Positions 13,901 through 26,189 of a stretch of 27,756 nt of DNA are shown here, in pieces. The notes under the pieces are model-generated. The model was not told the DNA's origin, did no database searches, and saw only the letters and a program-made list of their open reading frames with translations. The DNA is from Macrostomum lignano (lineage: Eukaryota). The translations under genes and the position numbers were made by a program. Location of the stretch: the NCBI GenBank assembly GCA_002269645.1, contig NIVC01001240.1, positions 1 through 27,756 of the forward strand. The letters run 5' to 3'. How positions within the stretch are numbered: position 1 is the stretch's first letter; each line of letters starts with the position of its first letter.

Positions 13901-16900
13901 CTGTCTAGGGTAGTCCGGTCTTGAAAAGCTAGTCTAGACTTGGATTTGGTATGCAGAAATCTCTGTCTAGGGTAGTCCGGTCTTGAAAAGCTAGTCTAGA
14001 CTTGGATTTGGTATGCAGAAATCTCTGTCTAGGGTAGTCCGGTCTTGAAAAGCTAGTCTAGACTTGGATTTGGTATGCAGAAATCTCTGTCTAGGGTAGT
14101 CCGGTCTTGAAAAGCTAGTCTAGACTTGGATTTGGTATGCAGAAATCTCTGTCTAGGGTAGTCCGGTCTTGAAAAGCTAGTCTAGACTTGGATTTGGTAT
14201 GCAGAAATCTCTGTCTAGGGTAGTCCGGTCTTGAAAAGCTAGTCTAGACTTGGATTTGGTATGCAGAAATCTCTGTCTAGGGTAGTCCGGTCTTGAAAAG
14301 CTAGTCTAGACTTGGATTTGGTATGCAGAAATCTCTGTCTAGGGTAGTCCGGTCTTGAAAAGCTAGTCTAGACTTGGATTTGGTATGCAGAAATCTCTGT
14401 CTAGGGTAGTCCGGTCTTGAAAAGCTAGTCTAGACTTGGATTTGGTATGCAGAAATCTCTGTCTAGGGTAGTCCGGTCTTGAAAAGCTAGTCTAGACTTG
14501 GATTTGGTATGCAGAAATCTCTGTCTAGGGTAGTCCGGTCTTGAAAAGCTAGTCTAGACTTGGATTTGGTATGCAGAAATCTCTGTCTAGGGTAGTCCGG
14601 TCTTGAAAAGCTAGTCTAGACTTGGATTTGGTATGCAGAAATCTCTGTCTAGGGTAGTCCGGTCTTGAAAAGCTAGTCTAGACTTGGATTTGGTATGCAG
14701 AAATCTCTGTCTAGGGTAGTCCGGTCTTGAAAAGCTAGTCTAGACTTGGATTTGGTATGCAGAAATCTCTGTCTAGGGTAGTCCGGTCTTGAAAAGCTAG
14801 TCTAGACTTGGATTTGGTATGCAGAAATCTCTGTCTAGGGTAGTCCGGTCTTGAAAAGCTAGTCTAGACTTGGATTTGGTATGCAGAAATCTCTGTCTAG
14901 GGTAGTCCGGTCTTGAAAAGCTAGTCTAGACTTGGATTTGGTATGCAGAAATCTCTGTCTAGGGTAGTCCGGTCTTGAAAAGCTAGTCTAGACTTGGATT
15001 TGGTATGCAGAAATCTCTGTCTAGGGTAGTCCGGTCTTGAAAAGCTAGTCTAGACTTGGATTTGGTATGCAGAAATCTCTGTCTAGGGTAGTCCGGTCTT
15101 GAAAAGCTAGTCTAGACTTGGATTTGGTATGCAGAAATCTCTGTCTAGGGTAGTCCGGTCTTGAAAAGCTAGTCTAGACTTGGATTTGGTATGCAGAAAT
15201 CTCTGTCTAGGGTAGTCCGGTCTTGAAAAGCTAGTCTAGACTTGGATTTGGTATGCAGAAATCTCTGTCTAGGGTAGTCCGGTCTTGAAAAGCTAGTCTA
15301 GACTTGGATTTGGTATGCAGAAATCTCTGTCTAGGGTAGTCCGGTCTTGAAAAGCTAGTCTAGACTTGGATTTGGTATGCAGAAATCTCTGTCTAGGGTA
15401 GTCCGGTCTTGAAAAGCTAGTCTAGACTTGGATTTGGTATGCAGAAATCTCTGTCTAGGGTAGTCCGGTCTTGAAAAGCTAGTCTAGACTTGGATTTGGT
15501 ATGCAGAAATCTCTGTCTAGGGTAGTCCGGTCTTGAAAAGCTAGTCTAGACTTGGATTTGGTATGCAGAAATCTCTGTCTAGGGTAGTCCGGTCTTGAAA
15601 AGCTAGTCTAGACTTGGATTTGGTATGCAGAAATCTCTGTCTAGGGTAGTCCGGTCTTGAAAAGCTAGTCTAGACTTGGATTTGGTATGCAGAAATCTCT
15701 GTCTAGGGTAGTCCGGTCTTGAAAAGCTAGTCTAGACTTGGATTTGGTATGCAGAAATCTCTGTCTAGGGTAGTCCGGTCTTGAAAAGCTAGTCTAGACT
15801 TGGATTTGGTATGCAGAAATCTCTGTCTAGGGTAGTCCGGTCTTGAAAAGCTAGTCTAGACTTGGATTTGGTATGCAGAAATCTCTGTCTAGGGTAGTCC
15901 GGTCTTGAAAAGCTAGTCTAGACTTGGATTTGGTATGCAGAAATCTCTGTCTAGGGTAGTCCGGTCTTGAAAAGCTAGTCTAGACTTGGATTTGGTATGC
16001 AGAAATCTCTGTCTAGGGTAGTCCGGTCTTGAAAAGCTAGTCTAGACTTGGATTTGGTATGCAGAAATCTCTGTCTAGGGTAGTCCGGTCTTGAAAAGCT
16101 AGTCTAGACTTGGATTTGGTATGCAGAAATCTCTGTCTAGGGTAGTCCGGTCTTGAAAAGCTAGTCTAGACTTGGATTTGGTATGCAGAAATCTCTGTCT
16201 AGGGTAGTCCGGTCTTGAAAAGCTAGTCTAGACTTGGATTTGGTATGCAGAAATCTCTGTCTAGGGTAGTCCGGTCTTGAAAAGCTAGTCTAGACTTGGA
16301 TTTGGTATGCAGAAATCTCTGTCTAGGGTAGTCCGGTCTTGAAAAGCTAGTCTAGACTTGGATTTGGTATGCAGAAATCTCTGTCTAGGGTAGTCCGGTC
16401 TTGAAAAGCTAGTCTAGACTTGGATTTGGTATGCAGAAATCTCTGTCTAGGGTAGTCCGGTCTTGAAAAGCTAGTCTAGACTTGGATTTGGTATGCAGAA
16501 ATCTCTGTCTAGGGTAGTCCGGTCTTGAAAAGCTAGTCTAGACTTGGATTTGGTATGCAGAAATCTCTGTCTAGGGTAGTCCGGTCTTGAAAAGCTAGTC
16601 TAGACTTGGATTTGGTATGCAGAAATCTCTGTCTAGGGTAGTCCGGTCTTGAAAAGCTAGTCTAGACTTGGATTTGGTATGCAGAAATCTCTGTCTAGGG
16701 TAGTCCGGTCTTGAAAAGCTAGTCTAGACTTGGATTTGGTATGCAGAAATCTCTGTCTAGGGTAGTCCGGTCTTGAAAAGCTAGTCTAGACTTGGATTTG
16801 GTATGCAGAAATCTCTGTCTAGGGTAGTCCGGTCTTGAAAAGCTAGTCTAGACTTGGATTTGGTATGCAGAAATCTCTGTCTAGGGTAGTCCGGTCTTGA

Positions 16901-19900
16901 AAAGCTAGTCTAGACTTGGATTTGGTATGCAGAAATCTCTGTCTAGGGTAGTCCGGTCTTGAAAAGCTAGTCTAGACTTGGATTTGGTATGCAGAAATCT
17001 CTGTCTAGGGTAGTCCGGTCTTGAAAAGCTAGTCTAGACTTGGATTTGGTATGCAGAAATCTCTGTCTAGGGTAGTCCGGTCTTGAAAAGCTAGTCTAGA
17101 CTTGGATTTGGTATGCAGAAATCTCTGTCTAGGGTAGTCCGGTCTTGAAAAGCTAGTCTAGACTTGGATTTGGTATGCAGAAATCTCTGTCTAGGGTAGT
17201 CCGGTCTTGAAAAGCTAGTCTAGACTTGGATTTGGTATGCAGAAATCTCTGTCTAGGGTAGTCCGGTCTTGAAAAGCTAGTCTAGACTTGGATTTGGTAT
17301 GCAGAAATCTCTGTCTAGGGTAGTCCGGTCTTGAAAAGCTAGTCTAGACTTGGATTTGGTATGCAGAAATCTCTGTCTAGGGTAGTCCGGTCTTGAAAAG
17401 CTAGTCTAGACTTGGATTTGGTATGCAGAAATCTCTGTCTAGGGTAGTCCGGTCTTGAAAAGCTAGTCTAGACTTGGATTTGGTATGCAGAAATCTCTGT
17501 CTAGGGTAGTCCGGTCTTGAAAAGCTAGTCTAGACTTGGATTTGGTATGCAGAAATCTCTGTCTAGGGTAGTCCGGTCTTGAAAAGCTAGTCTAGACTTG
17601 GATTTGGTATGCAGAAATCTCTGTCTAGGGTAGTCCGGTCTTGAAAAGCTAGTCTAGACTTGGATTTGGTATGCAGAAATCTCTGTCTAGGGTAGTCCGG
17701 TCTTGAAAAGCTAGTCTAGACTTGGATTTGGTATGCAGAAATCTCTGTCTAGGGTAGTCCGGTCTTGAAAAGCTAGTCTAGACTTGGATTTGGTATGCAG
17801 AAATCTCTGTCTAGGGTAGTCCGGTCTTGAAAAGCTAGTCTAGACTTGGATTTGGTATGCAGAAATCTCTGTCTAGGGTAGTCCGGTCTTGAAAAGCTAG
17901 TCTAGACTTGGATTTGGTATGCAGAAATCTCTGTCTAGGGTAGTCCGGTCTTGAAAAGCTAGTCTAGACTTGGATTTGGTATGCAGAAATCTCTGTCTAG
18001 GGTAGTCCGGTCTTGAAAAGCTAGTCTAGACTTGGATTTGGTATGCAGAAATCTCTGTCTAGGGTAGTCCGGTCTTGAAAAGCTAGTCTAGACTTGGATT
18101 TGGTATGCAGAAATCTCTGTCTAGGGTAGTCCGGTCTTGAAAAGCTAGTCTAGACTTGGATTTGGTATGCAGAAATCTCTGTCTAGGGTAGTCCGGTCTT
18201 GAAAAGCTAGTCTAGACTTGGATTTGGTATGCAGAAATCTCTGTCTAGGGTAGTCCGGTCTTGAAAAGCTAGTCTAGACTTGGATTTGGTATGCAGAAAT
18301 CTCTGTCTAGGGTAGTCCGGTCTTGAAAAGCTAGTCTAGACTTGGATTTGGTATGCAGAAATCTCTGTCTAGGGTAGTCCGGTCTTGAAAAGCTAGTCTA
18401 GACTTGGATTTGGTATGCAGAAATCTCTGTCTAGGGTAGTCCGGTCTTGAAAAGCTAGTCTAGACTTGGATTTGGTATGCAGAAATCTCTGTCTAGGGTA
18501 GTCCGGTCTTGAAAAGCTAGTCTAGACTTGGATTTGGTATGCAGAAATCTCTGTCTAGGGTAGTCCGGTCTTGAAAAGCTAGTCTAGACTTGGATTTGGT
18601 ATGCAGAAATCTCTGTCTAGGGTAGTCCGGTCTTGAAAAGCTAGTCTAGACTTGGATTTGGTATGCAGAAATCTCTGTCTAGGGTAGTCCGGTCTTGAAA
18701 AGCTAGTCTAGACTTGGATTTGGTATGCAGAAATCTCTGTCTAGGGTAGTCCGGTCTTGAAAAGCTAGTCTAGACTTGGATTTGGTATGCAGAAATCTCT
18801 GTCTAGGGTAGTCCGGTCTTGAAAAGCTAGTCTAGACTTGGATTTGGTATGCAGAAATCTCTGTCTAGGGTAGTCCGGTCTTGAAAAGCTAGTCTAGACT
18901 TGGATTTGGTATGCAGAAATCTCTGTCTAGGGTAGTCCGGTCTTGAAAAGCTAGTCTAGACTTGGATTTGGTATGCAGAAATCTCTGTCTAGGGTAGTCC
19001 GGTCTTGAAAAGCTAGTCTAGACTTGGATTTGGTATGCAGAAATCTCTGTCTAGGGTAGTCCGGTCTTGAAAAGCTAGTCTAGACTTGGATTTGGTATGC
19101 AGAAATCTCTGTCTAGGGTAGTCCGGTCTTGAAAAGCTAGTCTAGACTTGGATTTGGTATGCAGAAATCTCTGTCTAGGGTAGTCCGGTCTTGAAAAGCT
19201 AGTCTAGACTTGGATTTGGTATGCAGAAATCTCTGTCTAGGGTAGTCCGGTCTTGAAAAGCTAGTCTAGACTTGGATTTGGTATGCAGAAATCTCTGTCT
19301 AGGGTAGTCCGGTCTTGAAAAGCTAGTCTAGACTTGGATTTGGTATGCAGAAATCTCTGTCTAGGGTAGTCCGGTCTTGAAAAGCTAGTCTAGACTTGGA
19401 TTTGGTATGCAGAAATCTCTGTCTAGGGTAGTCCGGTCTTGAAAAGCTAGTCTAGACTTGGATTTGGTATGCAGAAATCTCTGTCTAGGGTAGTCCGGTC
19501 TTGAAAAGCTAGTCTAGACTTGGATTTGGTATGCAGAAATCTCTGTCTAGGGTAGTCCGGTCTTGAAAAGCTAGTCTAGACTTGGATTTGGTATGCAGAA
19601 ATCTCTGTCTAGGGTAGTCCGGTCTTGAAAAGCTAGTCTAGACTTGGATTTGGTATGCAGAAATCTCTGTCTAGGGTAGTCCGGTCTTGAAAAGCTAGTC
19701 TAGACTTGGATTTGGTATGCAGAAATCTCTGTCTAGGGTAGTCCGGTCTTGAAAAGCTAGTCTAGACTTGGATTTGGTATGCAGAAATCTCTGTCTAGGG
19801 TAGTCCGGTCTTGAAAAGCTAGTCTAGACTTGGATTTGGTATGCAGAAATCTCTGTCTAGGGTAGTCCGGTCTTGAAAAGCTAGTCTAGACTTGGATTTG

Positions 19901-22900
19901 GTATGCAGAAATCTCTGTCTAGGGTAGTCCGGTCTTGAAAAGCTAGTCTAGACTTGGATTTGGTATGCAGAAATCTCTGTCTAGGGTAGTCCGGTCTTGA
20001 AAAGCTAGTCTAGACTTGGATTTGGTATGCAGAAATCTCTGTCTAGGGTAGTCCGGTCTTGAAAAGCTAGTCTAGACTTGGATTTGGTATGCAGAAATCT
20101 CTGTCTAGGGTAGTCCGGTCTTGAAAAGCTAGTCTAGACTTGGATTTGGTATGCAGAAATCTCTGTCTAGGGTAGTCCGGTCTTGAAAAGCTAGTCTAGA
20201 CTTGGATTTGGTATGCAGAAATCTCTGTCTAGGGTAGTCCGGTCTTGAAAAGCTAGTCTAGACTTGGATTTGGTATGCAGAAATCTCTGTCTAGGGTAGT
20301 CCGGTCTTGAAAAGCTAGTCTAGACTTGGATTTGGTATGCAGAAATCTCTGTCTAGGGTAGTCCGGTCTTGAAAAGCTAGTCTAGACTTGGATTTGGTAT
20401 GCAGAAATCTCTGTCTAGGGTAGTCCGGTCTTGAAAAGCTAGTCTAGACTTGGATTTGGTATGCAGAAATCTCTGTCTAGGGTAGTCCGGTCTTGAAAAG
20501 CTAGTCTAGACTTGGATTTGGTATGCAGAAATCTCTGTCTAGGGTAGTCCGGTCTTGAAAAGCTAGTCTAGACTTGGATTTGGTATGCAGAAATCTCTGT
20601 CTAGGGTAGTCCGGTCTTGAAAAGCTAGTCTAGACTTGGATTTGGTATGCAGAAATCTCTGTCTAGGGTAGTCCGGTCTTGAAAAGCTAGTCTAGACTTG
20701 GATTTGGTATGCAGAAATCTCTGTCTAGGGTAGTCCGGTCTTGAAAAGCTAGTCTAGACTTGGATTTGGTATGCAGAAATCTCTGTCTAGGGTAGTCCGG
20801 TCTTGAAAAGCTAGTCTAGACTTGGATTTGGTATGCAGAAATCTCTGTCTAGGGTAGTCCGGTCTTGAAAAGCTAGTCTAGACTTGGATTTGGTATGCAG
20901 AAATCTCTGTCTAGGGTAGTCCGGTCTTGAAAAGCTAGTCTAGACTTGGATTTGGTATGCAGAAATCTCTGTCTAGGGTAGTCCGGTCTTGAAAAGCTAG
21001 TCTAGACTTGGATTTGGTATGCAGAAATCTCTGTCTAGGGTAGTCCGGTCTTGAAAAGCTAGTCTAGACTTGGATTTGGTATGCAGAAATCTCTGTCTAG
21101 GGTAGTCCGGTCTTGAAAAGCTAGTCTAGACTTGGATTTGGTATGCAGAAATCTCTGTCTAGGGTAGTCCGGTCTTGAAAAGCTAGTCTAGACTTGGATT
21201 TGGTATGCAGAAATCTCTGTCTAGGGTAGTCCGGTCTTGAAAAGCTAGTCTAGACTTGGATTTGGTATGCAGAAATCTCTGTCTAGGGTAGTCCGGTCTT
21301 GAAAAGCTAGTCTAGACTTGGATTTGGTATGCAGAAATCTCTGTCTAGGGTAGTCCGGTCTTGAAAAGCTAGTCTAGACTTGGATTTGGTATGCAGAAAT
21401 CTCTGTCTAGGGTAGTCCGGTCTTGAAAAGCTAGTCTAGACTTGGATTTGGTATGCAGAAATCTCTGTCTAGGGTAGTCCGGTCTTGAAAAGCTAGTCTA
21501 GACTTGGATTTGGTATGCAGAAATCTCTGTCTAGGGTAGTCCGGTCTTGAAAAGCTAGTCTAGACTTGGATTTGGTATGCAGAAATCTCTGTCTAGGGTA
21601 GTCCGGTCTTGAAAAGCTAGTCTAGACTTGGATTTGGTATGCAGAAATCTCTGTCTAGGGTAGTCCGGTCTTGAAAAGCTAGTCTAGACTTGGATTTGGT
21701 ATGCAGAAATCTCTGTCTAGGGTAGTCCGGTCTTGAAAAGCTAGTCTAGACTTGGATTTGGTATGCAGAAATCTCTGTCTAGGGTAGTCCGGTCTTGAAA
21801 AGCTAGTCTAGACTTGGATTTGGTATGCAGAAATCTCTGTCTAGGGTAGTCCGGTCTTGAAAAGCTAGTCTAGACTTGGATTTGGTATGCAGAAATCTCT
21901 GTCTAGGGTAGTCCGGTCTTGAAAAGCTAGTCTAGACTTGGATTTGGTATGCAGAAATCTCTGTCTAGGGTAGTCCGGTCTTGAAAAGCTAGTCTAGACT
22001 TGGATTTGGTATGCAGAAATCTCTGTCTAGGGTAGTCCGGTCTTGAAAAGCTAGTCTAGACTTGGATTTGGTATGCAGAAATCTCTGTCTAGGGTAGTCC
22101 GGTCTTGAAAAGCTAGTCTAGACTTGGATTTGGTATGCAGAAATCTCTGTCTAGGGTAGTCCGGTCTTGAAAAGCTAGTCTAGACTTGGATTTGGTATGC
22201 AGAAATCTCTGTCTAGGGTAGTCCGGTCTTGAAAAGCTAGTCTAGACTTGGATTTGGTATGCAGAAATCTCTGTCTAGGGTAGTCCGGTCTTGAAAAGCT
22301 AGTCTAGACTTGGATTTGGTATGCAGAAATCTCTGTCTAGGGTAGTCCGGTCTTGAAAAGCTAGTCTAGACTTGGATTTGGTATGCAGAAATCTCTGTCT
22401 AGGGTAGTCCGGTCTTGAAAAGCTAGTCTAGACTTGGATTTGGTATGCAGAAATCTCTGTCTAGGGTAGTCCGGTCTTGAAAAGCTAGTCTAGACTTGGA
22501 TTTGGTATGCAGAAATCTCTGTCTAGGGTAGTCCGGTCTTGAAAAGCTAGTCTAGACTTGGATTTGGTATGCAGAAATCTCTGTCTAGGGTAGTCCGGTC
22601 TTGAAAAGCTAGTCTAGACTTGGATTTGGTATGCAGAAATCTCTGTCTAGGGTAGTCCGGTCTTGAAAAGCTAGTCTAGACTTGGATTTGGTATGCAGAA
22701 ATCTCTGTCTAGGGTAGTCCGGTCTTGAAAAGCTAGTCTAGACTTGGATTTGGTATGCAGAAATCTCTGTCTAGGGTAGTCCGGTCTTGAAAAGCTAGTC
22801 TAGACTTGGATTTGGTATGCAGAAATCTCTGTCTAGGGTAGTCCGGTCTTGAAAAGCTAGTCTAGACTTGGATTTGGTATGCAGAAATCTCTGTCTAGGG

Positions 22901-25553
22901 TAGTCCGGTCTTGAAAAGCTAGTCTAGACTTGGATTTGGTATGCAGAAATCTCTGTCTAGGGTAGTCCGGTCTTGAAAAGCTAGTCTAGACTTGGATTTG
23001 GTATGCAGAAATCTCTGTCTAGGGTAGTCCGGTCTTGAAAAGCTAGTCTAGACTTGGATTTGGTATGCAGAAATCTCTGTCTAGGGTAGTCCGGTCTTGA
23101 AAAGCTAGTCTAGACTTGGATTTGGTATGCAGAAATCTCTGTCTAGGGTAGTCCGGTCTTGAAAAGCTAGTCTAGACTTGGATTTGGTATGCAGAAATCT
23201 CTGTCTAGGGTAGTCCGGTCTTGAAAAGCTAGTCTAGACTTGGATTTGGTATGCAGAAATCTCTGTCTAGGGTAGTCCGGTCTTGAAAAGCTAGTCTAGA
23301 CTTGGATTTGGTATGCAGAAATCTCTGTCTAGGGTAGTCCGGTCTTGAAAAGCTAGTCTAGACTTGGATTTGGTATGCAGAAATCTCTGTCTAGGGTAGT
23401 CCGGTCTTGAAAAGCTAGTCTAGACTTGGATTTGGTATGCAGAAATCTCTGTCTAGGGTAGTCCGGTCTTGAAAAGCTAGTCTAGACTTGGATTTGGTAT
23501 GCAGAAATCTCTGTCTAGGGTAGTCCGGTCTTGAAAAGCTAGTCTAGACTTGGATTTGGTATGCAGAAATCTCTGTCTAGGGTAGTCCGGTCTTGAAAAG
23601 CTAGTCTAGACTTGGATTTGGTATGCAGAAATCTCTGTCTAGGGTAGTCCGGTCTTGAAAAGCTAGTCTAGACTTGGATTTGGTATGCAGAAATCTCTGT
23701 CTAGGGTAGTCCGGTCTTGAAAAGCTAGTCTAGACTTGGATTTGGTATGCAGAAATCTCTGTCTAGGGTAGTCCGGTCTTGAAAAGCTAGTCTAGACTTG
23801 GATTTGGTATGCAGAAATCTCTGTCTAGGGTAGTCCGGTCTTGAAAAGCTAGTCTAGACTTGGATTTGGTATGCAGAAATCTCTGTCTAGGGTAGTCCGG
23901 TCTTGAAAAGCTAGTCTAGACTTGGATTTGGTATGCAGAAATCTCTGTCTAGGGTAGTCCGGTCTTGAAAAGCTAGTCTAGACTTGGATTTGGTATGCAG
24001 AAATCTCTGTCTAGGGTAGTCCGGTCTTGAAAAGCTAGTCTAGACTTGGATTTGGTATGCAGAAATCTCTGTCTAGGGTAGTCCGGTCTTGAAAAGCTAG
24101 TCTAGACTTGGATTTGGTATGCAGAAATCTCTGTCTAGGGTAGTCCGGTCTTGAAAAGCTAGTCTAGACTTGGATTTGGTATGCAGAAATCTCTGTCTAG
24201 GGTAGTCCGGTCTTGAAAAGCTAGTCTAGACTTGGATTTGGTATGCAGAAATCTCTGTCTAGGGTAGTCCGGTCTTGAAAAGCTAGTCTAGACTTGGATT
24301 TGGTATGCAGAAATCTCTGTCTAGGGTAGTCCGGTCTTGAAAAGCTAGTCTAGACTTGGATTTGGTATGCAGAAATCTCTGTCTAGGGTAGTCCGGTCTT
24401 GAAAAGCTAGTCTAGACTTGGATTTGGTATGCAGAAATCTCTGTCTAGGGTAGTCCGGTCTTGAAAAGCTAGTCTAGACTTGGATTTGGTATGCAGAAAT
24501 CTCTGTCTAGGGTAGTCCGGTCTTGAAAAGCTAGTCTAGACTTGGATTTGGTATGCAGAAATCTCTGTCTAGGGTAGTCCGGTCTTGAAAAGCTAGTCTA
24601 GACTTGGATTTGGTATGCAGAAATCTCTGTCTAGGGTAGTCCGGTCTTGAAAAGCTAGTCTAGACTTGGATTTGGTATGCAGAAATCTCTGTCTAGGGTA
24701 GTCCGGTCTTGAAAAGCTAGTCTAGACTTGGATTTGGTATGCAGAAATCTCTGTCTAGGGTAGTCCGGTCTTGAAAAGCTAGTCTAGACTTGGATTTGGT
24801 ATGCAGAAATCTCTGTCTAGGGTAGTCCGGTCTTGAAAAGCTAGTCTAGACTTGGATTTGGTATGCAGAAATCTCTGTCTAGGGTAGTCCGGTCTTGAAA
24901 AGCTAGTCTAGACTTGGATTTGGTATGCAGAAATCTCTGTCTAGGGTAGTCCGGTCTTGAAAAGCTAGTCTAGACTTGGATTTGGTATGCAGAAATCTCT
25001 GTCTAGGGTAGTCCGGTCTTGAAAAGCTAGTCTAGACTTGGATTTGGTATGCAGAAATCTCTGTCTAGGGTAGTCCGGTCTTGAAAAGCTAGTCTAGACT
25101 TGGATTTGGTATGCAGAAATCTCTGTCTAGGGTAGTCCGGTCTTGAAAAGCTAGTCTAGACTTGGATTTGGTATGCAGAAATCTCTGTCTAGGGTAGTCC
25201 GGTCTTGAAAAGCTAGTCTAGACTTGGATTTGGTATGCAGAAATCTCTGTCTAGGGTAGTCCGGTCTTGAAAAGCTAGTCTAGACTTGGATTTGGTATGC
25301 AGAAATCTCTGTCTAGGGTAGTCCGGTCTTGAAAAGCTAGTCTCGACTTGGATTTGGTATGCAGAAAGCTCTGTCTAGGGTAGTCCGGTCTTGAAAAGCT
25401 AGTCTAGACTTGGATTTGGTATGCAGAAATCTCTGTCTAGGGTAGTCCAGTCTTGAAAAGCTAGTCTAGACTTGGATTTGGTATGCAGAAAGCTCTGTCT
25501 AGGGTAGTCCGGTCTTGAAAAGCTAGTCTAGACTTGGATTTGGTATGCAGAAA
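1983..25553. repeat. 62-bp satellite, 380 full units plus 11-bp partial; consensus GTATGCAGAAATCTCTGTCTAGGGTAGTCCGGTCTTGAAAAGCTAGTCTAGACTTGGATTTG
   Basis: Unit starts at 1983+62n, with the last partial start at 25543. The 60-nt lines shift by 2 nt throughout. Variants seen only at 1994, 25344, 25368, 25449 and 25492. Confidence 0.99.
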
Positions 25554-25650
25554 CACAAAGTTAGACCAGTCTACTATAGCAGAACTAGGCTAGCTAGACC
25601 ATAGACTATAGACTGAACTACCCAAGTCCGGACTAGCTAGTCTGGACTAG
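25554..25650. other. Unique right subterminal region of the MITE-like element with palindromic AGTCYRGACT motifs
   Basis: AGTCCGGACT (25625-25634) and AGTCTGGACT (25639-25648) match motifs in the satellite unit. The region is CTAG/TAG-rich like the unit. Confidence 0.7.
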
Positions 25651-25667
25651 GCTTTCTGCATACGGCT
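25651..25667 (-). repeat. Right TIR of the MITE-like element
   Basis: GCTTTCTGCATACGGCT is the reverse complement of 1979-1995. Confidence 0.93.
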
Positions 25668-25670
25668 TAG

Positions 25671-25713
25671 TCTAGGTAGCAAGGCTGGCACAGCGGCATT
25701 TAACTTGGTCAAA
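25671..25713 (+). repeat. Inner part of the interrupted left TIR of the Tc1-like relic
   Basis: TCTAGGTAGCAAGGCTGGCACAGCGGCATTTAACTTGG aligns with the reverse complement of about 26201-26244 (TCTATGGTAGCAAGGCTGACACAGCAGCATTTGATTTGG). Confidence 0.85.
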
Positions 25714-25729
25714 ACACTCGTGAGCCATT

Positions 25730-26189
25730 GGCAAACTCTTGCCTTCTCGTAACTGTCTGTGGGTTGTTGCGTACAGCTGGAATGTCAGACAAAAATTTTC
25801 AGTCGCTTTTGCAGAGCTCTGATAGTCGAAATATAATAACCAACTGAAACTGTTCCTTTGACTTCTGCTGCATTTTCTGCAACGTCAACAAAGGGTTCGT
25901 CTCAACTGCATCAAGTAGCAGTTGGACTTGAGGCTCTCGAGCAACTTGCCTTGGCGATTGCCACCCTTTCGCAGGCAATCTCTGCCGGGAGAGTTCCAAC
26001 GCGCTGCTGGATGCTGTAATCCATCTTTTCTTTTACATTCAGCAACCTTGCAATGTACTTTGGGTGTTCACCTCTGTCAAGTGCTTCGATCACAAGCCAA
26101 TGGAATTCGTTCAACAGCCTAGCACATGGTCCACGATTCTGGGGCTGATCTGCTTCTCCACAGCAGTTGCAAATGAAGCTATCGACCAA
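25730..26189 (-). pseudogene. Frameshifted N-terminal DNA-binding region of an IS630/Tc1-like transposase; DDE domain absent
   Basis: Stitched frames read LLNEFHWLVIEALDRGEHPKYIARLLNVKEKMDYSIQQR (HTH-like), KGGNRQGKLLE (GGxR linker, 25965-25954), EPQVQLLLDAVETNPLLTLQKMQQKSKEQFQLVI then ISTIRAL (second HTH-like), and IPAVRNNPQTVTRRQEFA (PxxRN..R motif before the catalytic domain). The motif order was recognised by eye, with no database search. Confidence 0.72.

Larger units (their letters stand above)
1979..25667. mobile_element. Non-autonomous TIR element (MITE-like) expanded by an internal satellite; superfamily uncertain, possibly PIF/Harbinger
   Basis: Perfect 17-bp TIRs at 1979-1995 and 25651-25667. 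It interrupts a sequence that is contiguous in the paralogous copy (reverse complement GGAGCTTTTG|TCTATGGTAGC). Three extra bases suggest an imperfect TSD (TTG 1976-1978 / TAG 25668-25670). No coding capacity. Confidence 0.85.

Noticed and set aside
1983-25553. CRISPR array or coding repeat
   Set aside because: Units are directly head-to-tail with no spacers and no cas genes. The 62-bp unit is not a multiple of 3, is rich in stop codons, and no ORF is called.
1983-25553. Phased A-tract curvature or nucleosome periodicity (3 x 62 = 186 bp)
   Set aside because: A/T tracts are only 4 bp, spaced about 29, 20 and 13 bp, so phasing is poor. The 186-bp coincidence has no supporting evidence.
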